Positions 1 to 11,400 of a stretch of DNA of 39,814 nt are shown in pieces. Each line of letters opens with the position of its first letter. Positions within the stretch are counted from its first letter, which is position 1. Made by a program: the position numbers and the translations under genes. The notes beneath the pieces were generated by a model. It saw only the letters and a list, made by a program, of their open reading frames with translations, was not told where the DNA came from and made no database searches. This DNA is from a virus (lineage: Duplodnaviria > Caudoviricetes), in IMG/VR virus record IMGVR_UViG_3300012267_000194, positions 1-39,814 of that record; one strand, 5' to 3'.

Positions 1-1
1 C

Positions 2-2434
2 TACCGCGTTAGTGAAAACAGAAGTATGATTATTACTCCTGCGGCACTATCAGGTATTAACTTTAGTATACCGTACCTAAGTAAGCAAGGTAAACAAGAA
101 GAAATTACATTTACTGTTAGTCTGCAGACCACGGTATCAAACTCAACAGTAAGCGAGACTAACGCTAGTATTAAAGCTAATGCTCCTGCTACTTATTACA
201 CTCAAAACAGAATGATTACTGGTGAAGATTACAACGTAGCTCCTTTAGCAGTAAGTCAAGAGATTGTAAAAGTTAAGAGTGTTAACCGTACATCAAGTGG
301 TATTTCGCGTTACTTTGACTTAATAGATGCAACCGGAAAATACAGTAGCACTAACTTATACGGCAATGACGGCATTGTTTATAAAGAATTTATTGATAGA
401 ACTACATCGTTTTCCTTCCAAACTCAAACCGACATTGAAGGTGTTGTAATTAACGAAATCGAACCTATTTTTAAAGACAAAAGAGTGAATCACTTTTACT
501 TCGATAGATTTCCTGAGATTAATGCAGTTGACTTAAATGTTTACTGGGTATCGGCGACTAAAGACACTAATACATTTACAGGATTTTTAAGTAACAACGA
601 AACAACGCCTGAGGATGGATATCAACGGGTAGGAAGTTTTACTTCGACTAGTCTTCGTTATGTAAAAGCCGAGAGCTTACTAAAGTTTGTAGCACCAGCC
701 GGACAATACTTTGATAAAAACAATGCGTTGAAGATAGGTTCGCCTAGTGATGTAGGGCACAAAACCGTACTTTGGACCAAAGTTTTTAACATTGCAGGCA
801 ATGGTGTTGACCAGCTAATTACAACTACATCTGGTGCTATAGCACTTAGTGACGATATCCCACAAGGTGCAATTCTAACAGAAATACGTCCTAAGCTAGC
901 AGGATCGTTGCTTGACGATGTTAAACGCCAACTTATTGATCAGACGTTTGCCTACAATAACTTCGGATTAAGATTTGACGTAGAAGATCAGCGGTGGAAG
1001 TTAATTAAGGCATCTAACCTAAACGCCAGCGGTGATTTCAACACTGGTTTTGCTGGAGACACAAGTGGCCAAGGCCTTGATGCTAGCTGGCTAATCAAGT
1101 TTGAAACATCTGGTGAAAGGTATAAAGTTTTTTATCGTGGGCTAAGGTATGTTTTTGAAAGCGACGAAGAGATCAGATTCTTCTATGATTCGACTGATAA
1201 GATTTTTGATAGCCGAACCGGCAAAATTATTAAAGACAAAATCACAGTATTAAACATTAACAAGCAACCTGACAATCCGTCTCCGTTTACAAATGATTTT
1301 ACTTGGGAGGTTTTGTCTGAGTATAGAGACAAAGAAGGTTATGTAGACAGTACCCGTGTTGAACTTACGTTCTTTGACAGCGACGAAGACGGCGTAGTTG
1401 ATGACCCTGACTTGTTTGAAGACATAGTAGCACCTGATTATGTTGATCCGGAAACAGGGCTTACAACAGTCGTAGATAAAAAGACTGTTATACAGGAAAA
1501 GTATATCACGTCAGCAGGAACTGAAGACTTCCGTTATGTTAACGCTGAAGCCACCGGTATTAGTTTATATAGATCAGAGAGTGCGCCGGCTGTGCCTTTG
1601 GCTAGTGAAAGAGCCAGCGGCGCCATTTATTATTTCCTTGACGTAGATTTGTTTAAGATCTGGGATACTAATACAATGACGTTTTCTATAACAAATGATT
1701 ACAAGGCGTTTACTGGCAGAGATATGCTAAAATTCCAGTATGTACACACTGCGGATTCGAACAATAGAATTGATCCAAGTGCTAGTAATATTATGGATAC
1801 ATACTTACTAACAAGAGGTTACGACAGACAATATAGACTTTTCCTAGACGGGCAGTTGACAAATCGTCCCCTACCGCCTAGTTCAGATCAACTGTTTAGA
1901 TCGTTTGGATCTAAACTGAATCAGATTAAGTCAATAAGCGATGAAGTGATTTATCATCCGGTTAAGTACAAAGTACTATTTGGCCCAAAGGCGAACGGAG
2001 ATTTGCAAGCAACATTTAAAGCAGTTAAGAACCCAGATCAAGTGTTAAACGATAACGATATCAAAACACGTATTATTGGTCTTGTAAATCAATATTTTGC
2101 AATTGAAAACTGGGACTTCGGCGACACATTTTTCTTCCAAGAACTAGCTACATTTGTAATGAACAGAATGGCGCCAGACTTGGTTACATTTATTATTGTA
2201 CCAAATCAGGTAGAGCAAGGATTTGGCAGCTTATTTGAAATACGCTCAGCACCAGACGAAATTTTTATTAGTGGCGCAACGGTAAACGACGTTCTTCTAA
2301 TAGACGAAATAACAGCTTCGCGCTTAAATGCAAACGGCAAGGTTGTTACAACATCAGATATATCAACAAACAAAGGATTACAAAGTACTCCGTCAGTTGG
2401 TACACTCAACAGCACAGGGGGTTTTAGTTACTAA
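2..2434 (+). CDS. Baseplate wedge subunit, T4 gp6-like (5'-truncated by window edge)
   Basis: The frame is open from base 2 (YRVSENRSM...), so the true start lies upstream. Motif ETNASIKANAPATYYTQNRMITGEDY resembles the gp6/baseplate-J 'IRxxAPxxxxxQNRxVTxxDY' signature. The C-terminal 'YFAIENWDFGDTFFFQEL' segment also resembles gp6. The stop overlaps the next start (TAATG). Confidence 0.8.
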   Translation, partial: YRVSENRSMIITPAALSGINFSIPYLSKQGKQEEITFTVSLQTTVSNSTVSETNASIKANAPATYYTQNRMITGEDYNVAPLAVSQEIVKVKSVNRTSSGISRYFDLIDATGKYSSTNLYGNDGIVYKEFIDRTTSFSFQTQTDIEGVVINEIEPIFKDKRVNHFYFDRFPEINAVDLNVYWVSATKDTNTFTGFLSNNETTPEDGYQRVGSFTSTSLRYVKAESLLKFVAPAGQYFDKNNALKIGSPSDVGHKTVLWTKVFNIAGNGVDQLITTTSGAIALSDDIPQGAILTEIRPKLAGSLLDDVKRQLIDQTFAYNNFGLRFDVEDQRWKLIKASNLNASGDFNTGFAGDTSGQGLDASWLIKFETSGERYKVFYRGLRYVFESDEEIRFFYDSTDKIFDSRTGKIIKDKITVLNINKQPDNPSPFTNDFTWEVLSEYRDKEGYVDSTRVELTFFDSDEDGVVDDPDLFEDIVAPDYVDPETGLTTVVDKKTVIQEKYITSAGTEDFRYVNAEATGISLYRSESAPAVPLASERASGAIYYFLDVDLFKIWDTNTMTFSITNDYKAFTGRDMLKFQYVHTADSNNRIDPSASNIMDTYLLTRGYDRQYRLFLDGQLTNRPLPPSSDQLFRSFGSKLNQIKSISDEVIYHPVKYKVLFGPKANGDLQATFKAVKNPDQVLNDNDIKTRIIGLVNQYFAIENWDFGDTFFFQELATFVMNRMAPDLVTFIIVPNQVEQGFGSLFEIRSAPDEIFISGATVNDVLLIDEITASRLNANGKVVTTSDISTNKGLQSTPSVGTLNSTGGFSY

Positions 2435-5400
2435 TGGCTAACACTGACCAGAACGATTTTCCACTACCAGCAGGTGGTGAGCAGGACAGGAAGAGCGCAA
2501 ACCTTCTACCTAAGTATTTTAGAACTCAAGCCAACGAAAAGATTTTAGGTAGTACTTTAGATCAAATGGTCCAGCCGGGTATTGCTGAAAAAATCTCGGG
2601 ATTCTACGGCCGTCAAACTGCGAAAGCATACCAGTCAGACGACACGTATATCGAGGATATCAGCGAGCAAAGGCAAAACCGCCAACTAGAGCCGGCTTCT
2701 GTAGTTAAAGATGATTTAGGCAACGTTGAGTTCTTTAGTGATTATCCTGACTTTATTAATCAAATCAGTGCGTTTAGCGGTGATGTTTCTAATCACAGTA
2801 AACTAAACACCCAAGAATTTTATGCTTGGAATCCTAACGTAGATTGGGACAAATTAGCAAACTTTCGCGAGTATTTCTGGCTACCTAATGGCCCACAAAC
2901 TGTTAGCGTCTTCGGTCAATCCCAAGAGGTTACCAGTACTTACAAAGTAACAATCCAAGACCAGGGCGATAATACTACGTACAAGTTCTCAAATAGACTT
3001 GCAGCCAACCCAGTTCTTACTTTGTATAGAGGACAGACGTATAGGTTTGAGATAGATACTCCAGGGTTCCCTATTGCTTTTACGGTTGACAGAAACTATA
3101 CAACTCCGGATCCGGATGAAGAGAGCGAAAACGTATCAAGCGAATATATCAAAGGACAAAAGTTTTTTGACGCAGACGGTAACGAAGTTGATCCGCAGTA
3201 TATTGAAAACGGTGTAATTGAATTTACAGTACCGTTGCAAGCGCCTGATCACTTATTTTACCTTAGTGAAAGCGATATCAATACAGGCGGCTTCATTAAG
3301 ATTTTTGATATTGAAGAGAACACTGCAATTGATGTTGGACAGGAAATTTTAGGGAAGTCGACATATACAAGTGCTAACGGTGTAACGTTAACAAATGGTC
3401 TTAAAGTAACATTCTTAGGTAATGTTACTCCGGAGATATACGGCACCGGTGATTGGTACGTAGACGGCGTAGGTACTGAAATAAGACTAGTGAGCGAAGC
3501 TGCACTTTTGGTTCCAGCAGGATACGCTGACGATGTTCTTGTTCCTTGGGGTTCAGGAAGATGGGATAGATTGCCATTTGATAATGCTAGTAGCTTTGCT
3601 GGTACTAAAGATTATATTGTTGTCAACCGAGTCAGCGCTGACAGAAACCCGTGGTCACGTTATAACCGTTGGTTCCATTCTAGCACAATTGCAGCCGCAG
3701 CAGGTTATAATAACGTTGCTGAGGAGTTAGATCAGTCAGCCCGTGCAACTCGTCCTATTATTGAATTCGACCCAGGTCTAAGACTGCATAATTACGGCAC
3801 CGAAGCAAAGAATGACGTTGACCTTGTAGACGACTTTACATTAGATGTATTTTCAAATGTCGAAGGCCAACTTGGTTACAACGTCGATGGTGTTCCTTTG
3901 ACACAAGGACAGCGAGTATTATTTGCTGCTGATCCTGACAAGCGTGTTAATGGTAAAATATACCGAGTTACTTTCTTAAGAGTTAACAATAGAAACCAGA
4001 TTTCTTTGATCGAAGAACCAGATTGTGACCCTATAGAGGGCGAAGTTGTATTGGTTACTAACGGCAACGAAAACGCAGGTAAGTTTTACTGGTATAACGG
4101 AACAACTTGGAAACTAGCACAAGAAAAAACTGAAAATAACCAATCACCTCGTTTTGAACTATACGACAGTGCTGGTAATGCATTCAGCGACACTGTTGTT
4201 TATGAAGAATCATCATTTACAGGTAATACTGTATTTGAATATAAGCAAGGCACTGGCTCACTGGACCCTGAGTTAGGATTTCCACTAAGCTACAGAACAA
4301 TCGAAAACGTAGGCGATCTACAATTTAACTTCTCTCTTGTAAACGAGAGCTTTGTTTATAGTATCGACCAGACGTTGTACACTAAGAATACTGATATCGG
4401 ATATCTAAGAAGGTATACTGATTTAAACACGTTTACTGTGCAGAACGGTTGGGCAAAAACTAATAAGTCAAGTACCCAAGCAGTTATTAGACAGTACATT
4501 GTTGAAGAACCAACAGACAGATTTGAAATAGATGTCTATGATCGCAGTAGTTCTATACAAGATTTAGAAGTTAAAGTTGTTCTTGACCAGGACTATCAAT
4601 TACTAGATGTTGATTATACAATCGACCGCAGTGAGCAAACTGCCGCGATTGTGTTCAACAGCGTATTGCCTGTTGATTCAAATGTCATTTTAAAAGTAAA
4701 AAGTGATACATCGAAGAACGACAACGGTTATTATGAAATGGCATATAACCTAGAAAGGAATCCGCTTAACAATAACATCGGAGAATTCACTCTAGGCGAA
4801 GTAAACGATCATGTAAGAACAATTGTAGAAAACGTTAGAGGATTCAGCGGCAAGTTCCCTGGAACTAACAACTTGCGGGACTTAGGCCAGTTAGACGCGT
4901 TCGGTCGACGTTTTGTGCAGCACACCGGCCCGCTTAACCTTGCAAGTTACCACATTACAAACAAAGAAGCAAACATCATTAAGGCACTTCGTTTTAATCG
5001 ATCAGAGTATGCAAAATTCAAAAGAGTGCTTCTTCAAACTGCTGAAGATTTAGGGTTCGACGGTACACCAAAGCAACAGCTTGATCTGACATTGAGTCGA
5101 ATTAATGCAAGTAAAACTCCAGCAATGCCGTTCTACTTCACAGATATGCTGTGCGCAGCCGCATCACGTACTTTAGAGTATAAAGTGCCAGCGGGCGGCG
5201 AAAACTTCTATGCATTGTCTGAACCGTTTACATTAGACGAGTTAAGCGCCAAGTCTGTTCTTGTGTATCTAAATTCAGAGCAGTTGGTACACGGACGAGA
5301 CTATACATTTAGCAACGAAGGGTTTGTTGATATAAGTGCAGACTTAGTACAGAATGATATCATTCAGGTTGTTGAGTGTGACACAACTGACGGTTCTTAT

Positions 5401-8400
5401 ATTCCTGCCACACCAACTAAGTTAGGTTTATATCCTGCATATATTCCTCAGAAGTTTGTTGATAACACGTATAGAGAACCACGTAACGTAATTCAGGGGC
5501 ACGACGGAAGTATTGTACTTGCGTTTGATGACTACCGCGATGACATTATTCTTGAGTTTGAACTTCGTGTTTACAACAACATCAAACAATCTTACGATAC
5601 TGATTTATTTGACCTAGATAAGTTTGTTTCGGGTGATTTCAGATACACAGGTTATACAAAAGAGTCAATTGATCGTTCAATGACAGCAGACTTTGTCGAG
5701 TGGACTACCGTTGCGGGCAACCCGGATTATACTTCCGGCTCTGGCTACGACAGAACTGACTCTTTTACTTATAACTACACTGGTACGATTTCACCTAGTG
5801 GAGTACAGTTAAATGGTTACTGGAGATCAGTATACATACAGGCGTACGACACTGATCGTCCTCACACCCATCCTTGGGAAATGTTAGGATTTAGTGTAGA
5901 GCCAACTTGGTGGCAAGAAGTGTATGGGCCTGCACCATATACAAAAAATAACTTAATTTTGTGGACAGACCTACAAAACGGTATTATTAGAGAGCCAGGC
6001 AAAGCAGAAATACGTTATGAAAGATACAAGCGTCCAACGCTGCTTTCACACATTCCTGTAGACGTTAGCGGTAACTTGCTCAGCCCTCTTGCTAGCAATT
6101 ATGCAACAAGCCTTGTAGACAGATTGTCTAGAGCACCGTTTAGATTCGGTGATCATACACCTGCAGAAACTGCATGGCGCCGTAGTTCTGAGTACCCATT
6201 TAGTTTAATTACTGCACGAGTTCTAAATCAACCAAACACTACTTTTGCTACAGGTTTTGACCTGTCAAGAATGAAGCGCAACCAAGTAGGGCAGATTATC
6301 TACACAGAAACAGGCAAAGTCCTAAGATTAGCAGATATTGCTTTCCCTAATGGCACCAACGCAGATACTCGTGTTAGTACAAGTGGTCTTGTAAATTACA
6401 TTTTTGATTATCTTGCAAGCAGTGTTCAACTACAGCAAGACATATACAAGGATCAGCTTACAAGAATTGACAATCAGCTATGTATCAAAGTAGGCGGCTT
6501 TACTGAGAAAGAAAAGTTCAACTTAATACTTGATAGTCGTAATCCGTTAAACGAAGGGAACGTATTTCTACCAAAGGAAAACTACCAGGTTTTCCTAAAT
6601 ACAAGTTCTCCTGTAGATGTTGTGTCATACAGTGGTGTAATTGTTGAAAAGACTCCGAGCGGTTTCGTTATCAAAGGATACGACAGAGAAACCCCAACAT
6701 TTGAATATTATACTCCGATTCCTTCGGCTACTGACCCTGTGATTAATATCGGCGGTGTTAGTGAGCAGTTTGTAGAATGGGGTCCTGCAAAGCAGTACAT
6801 CAAAGGTCAGAACGTAAGAAACATGAGTTTCTTCTACAGAGTGTTAGAGTCTCATGTAAGTTCGGACACGTTTGATAGTAATAAATTCCGTAGGATTTCG
6901 TCACTTCCGCAAATTGGGGGACGAGATGCTACATTGCGTAGGAATTTTGAATCTAGGTTAACTGAGTTGTCGTACGGCACAGTATTGCCTACGATCCAAG
7001 ACGTTGTAGACTTTATGCTAGGCTACGAAGCTAGGCTAAAAGAGCAAGGATTTAAGTTCGAGTTTTTCAGCAGCGAAAGCGGACAGGTAGAAGATTGGAC
7101 ATACAGTGTTAAAGAGTTCTTGTTCTGGACTACACAAAACTGGGCAGCAGGCAGTATTATTACACTTAGTCCGGGCGCTGAACAAGTTACATTCGAGCGT
7201 GAATTTGTAGTAGTTGATGACATTTTCGATAACTTTTACCCTTATTCATTGCTAGCTGCTAACGGTACGAAGTTAGATAGAAGGTTCAGCAGTATAGCAA
7301 GAAGCAACCAGAACGAGTTTGGACTGAAGTCTACTGGTACCACAGACGGCATCTATCATGTTAGACTGCCGCTAGTACAAAAAGAGCACGTTATCTTACT
7401 CGACAATCGTTCAGTATTTGACGACATCATTTACGACCAAGAAGCTGGGTATCGTCAAGAAAGAATCCGTGTTACAGGCTACAGAAGTGACAAGTGGAAC
7501 GGCGGTTTAGATATCCCTGGTTTTGTATACGACAGTGCGGTTGTAGTTGACTGGGAACAGTGGACAGATTATTCAATCGGTACTCTTGTAAAGTACAAAG
7601 AGTTCTTTTATGTTTCACTATTCGACATTCCGGGTTCAAGTGTGTTCAACACTGGTGCGTGGAAGCGTTTAAGAGAGCGCCCAGAGTCTAAACTAATTCC
7701 AAACTTTGATTATAAGATCAATCAGTTTGCAGATTTCTACGACTTAGATTCTGATAACTTTGATGTGGAGCAGCAAAGGCACGCCCAGCATCTAACAGGC
7801 TACCAAAAGCGTCAGTACTTACAGAATATCATTAATGATGACGTATCACAGTATAAGTTCTATCAGGGATTTATACAAGACAAAGGTACAACAAATTCTC
7901 TAACCAAGTTGTTTGATGCATTAGGAACGTCTGACAAAGATAGCTTAGAATTTTATGAAGAGTGGGCTATACGCCTGGGTCGCTACGGCGATACAGATAA
8001 CGCAGAAGTAATCGAGTTTAGACTTGATGAGTCTAAATTTAGATTGTCTCCACAGCCGGTGGAGTTAGTAAACAGGCTGCCAGTGAATTCGGTAGATAAC
8101 ATTTACCGCCAGCGCCCGTTTGAAATCTATGCAGCTCCTGAAAACTATGACAGCAAGCCTTTTCCTGTTGTCAAGAAAGATCCGTTTGAGCTAAAATCTG
8201 CAGGCTATGTACGTGAAGATGACGTTGCATACAGAGTTACGAATTCGATAGACGTACTGAACGGCGATGTATCAAGTGTTGGATACGGCGACTATATATG
8301 GGTTGTTGGTTTAACTGAAGACTGGGACGTTTTACAGCATGTTAGAACAGTTCTAAAAGTTACTCAAATCGAACGACTAGACAATGCTCAGGCAAGAATT

Positions 8401-11400
8401 ACATTTGATAATAGTACTATCGGTTTAGTAGTAGGCCAGTTCTTAGGTGTACAGAACCTTTCTTTTGTTAATAACAACTTCTACCAGATCGAAAGTATTA
8501 AATCTAATTCGGTTGTAGTAACAGCACCGTCTGATGTTGTTATTGAAGACGAGGAAAATGCTAGCGGATTTGTCAGCACACTAAGAAGTGTTCGAGTTAA
8601 GGACTTAGAGCAAGCAGAAACCGTTATTCAACAACAAGTAACGCCTGGACAGCGAGTTTGGGTTGACGGCGAGTCGTATAATGATTGGTCAGTTTATGAG
8701 AATCAAGAAGTATATTCTAAAACTAATACCATTGACAACCGAAATACAGAAAACCCAGGCTCGGCATTTGCAAGAGCTATTGCAGCATCAAAGGACAATA
8801 CTAAGGTTGCTATTGGTGATGCTGCTGAAGGCAACGGTGTTGTAAACATTTACACCAGAGCTACAGAAGCTAATAAATTACAATTTGAAACACTAATTGA
8901 AGCTCCGTTTTTGTTGCAGAGTACTATTACTTTAGATACTAATAATAGGTTCGGGTCTAGTGTAGCTATTAGTCCTGACGGCAACTATCTAGCAGTAGGC
9001 TCACCAGAAGCGTCGGATATTTCATCCCCGTTTGTAGGACCATATGTTGCAGGCGACGAGTACGAAGACGGCGATATTGTTAGCTACAGTGCTCAATACT
9101 GGGAAGCTCAAGTAGCAATTAATCCCGGCAATACAGAATATCCGTATGTTGGTAGCCAGTCTTGGAAGCAGGTCTTTAGAGTTCCTGTTAGTCTTAATAA
9201 GCCAAGAAACGGGCTTAATAACCAAGGCGCATTTACTGTTTACGAAAGAGCAGGCCGGGCTTGGAACGTTCAAGGCACGTTTGTAATTCCTGGCACAGGC
9301 GAAAACTCGTTTACTGGAAAAGATTTAGACTTTGCACAACAAGACGAGTTGTATAGACTATTCATTTCAACCAACAGTAAAGTGTATGTTGTTAAGAAAG
9401 GCACTGATGCCGAAGGCACTAGGTTTAATTGGGAGCTAGATAAAGATCCGCAATTCCGCGGCGAATGGGCAGCAGTTCAGTCGCAGATTGATTTTGCTAC
9501 AGGCGATATTGTCAGCTATCTAAAAGACGGCGAAACTACGTTATACAAGGCAAAAACTGTTGTGAGCGCCGGCTCAACTAACCCACAAGGTAATTCTACG
9601 CAGTGGGAATTAGTAGACCAAAGTGTAACAGTTGAGCCTTTTGTTCCTCACGTACTTACTGAAGAGATTTACGGGGATGAGGTATTTGTTGATGAAGACT
9701 TAACAGAGTTTGCCGCAGAAGTAACTGTTTCTGGTAACGGTCATGTTATGGCAATCACAGCAGTAACAAAAGTGTTCGACGAAACAAATTTAAATGCATT
9801 GCCAGTAGTCACTAACCGTGTTTTGATTTATAGAATTCAGGACGGGCGTTATGTCCTAAGACAAGTTATAGACCCAACTTTGCCTGACACACGATTTGCG
9901 GAAAGCCTGTCAGTATCGCCAAGCGGCGAGTTCCTAGTTATAGGCGAACCAGGCAGTGATGTATATGCTTACGATCAAGGTCGAGTAAGAGTATATAAAC
10001 AGATAAATGGCCGCTTTGAACACCTGCAGACACTAATTTCACCTAGAGATGATTTAGTTGAAATGTTCGGTTTTAAAGTTAGTGCAACTGACAGTTCTAT
10101 TTCTGTTACTAGCTTTAACGGCGATATGATTCTGCCAACTGTGTTTGACAAGAATCTTAGCAACGAAACAGTATTCGACAACGGACTTACTACATTCTCT
10201 GACAAGATTTCAAACTCTGGTAGCGTTACTGTATTTGACAACGTTGATGGTACGTTCTTATATGCAGATGCATTAGAATACGTTGACGCTAAAAACAGTC
10301 AGTTTGGTGAGAGTATGGTTGCTGTGCGTAACCATATATATGTCGGGCTGCCAAGAGCACAAACAGATAACACCAAAGGCACTATGTCAGACTACCGTCG
10401 CGAGCGTAATAGTCAGTCGTGGTTTAAGATTAGAACACCTAACCCTATCATTGACTTAGATAAGATGAACGAAGTGTTTTTGTTTGACACACGCACTAAT
10501 CAATTAGTGACCTACTTAGATTATATTGATGTTCGTCAGGGTAAGATTGCCGGACCAGCAGCAGAACAGATAGACTTTAGGACAAACATAGATCCAGCCC
10601 GTTACAATATAACTGACGACGAAAGATTCTTCGACGAAGTGAATAACTGGGAAGACGGGTTTGTTGGTCGTGTATGGTGGGATTTAAGTACTGCAAGATT
10701 TACCAATCCTTACCAAGGTGAAGCAGTTTACCAAAGTGCAAATTGGAACAGACTGATTCCAGGTACAAGAGTTGATGTATACGAATGGGTAGCAAGTGAT
10801 GTTATCCCGTCAGAATGGGATGAGCTAGCTGACACTACAGAAGGGATTGCTCGAGGTATTAGCGGTCAAAGTAAGTATGGTGATGCATTATACTCACAAA
10901 AACTCAAGTATGACTTTGTTGCTAAAACATTCAGCAATATCTACTACTTCTGGGTTGTCAATAAGTTTACAACACCGAATGTTGAAACTAGAACATTAAG
11001 CGTAGGTAACATTGCTAGACTTATTGAGGATCCATTCCAAGAAGGTTACCGCTTTGCTAGCTTTATGACTGACAACAGGTTTGTAATGTACAACGTGGAT
11101 AGTTTGGTATCAGGCACTGACACAGCACTAGCCGTTGCATATTACACACTCGAAAATCAAGAACAGAATGTTCACAACGAATATCAGCTGTTGTCAGAAG
11201 GCCTCAGTACTAGCTTGCCTAAAAGAGATATCGAGCGCAAGTGGGTTGACAGTCTAGTAGGGTATGACGAGCAGACTCGTATTATTCCAGATCCAACACT
11301 AAGCCCAAGACAGAAATACGGCACGCTGTTTAGTCCGAGACAGAGCTGGTTTATTAATAAGGCAGAAGCACTTAAACAAGTTGTTGAACGTGCTAACATT

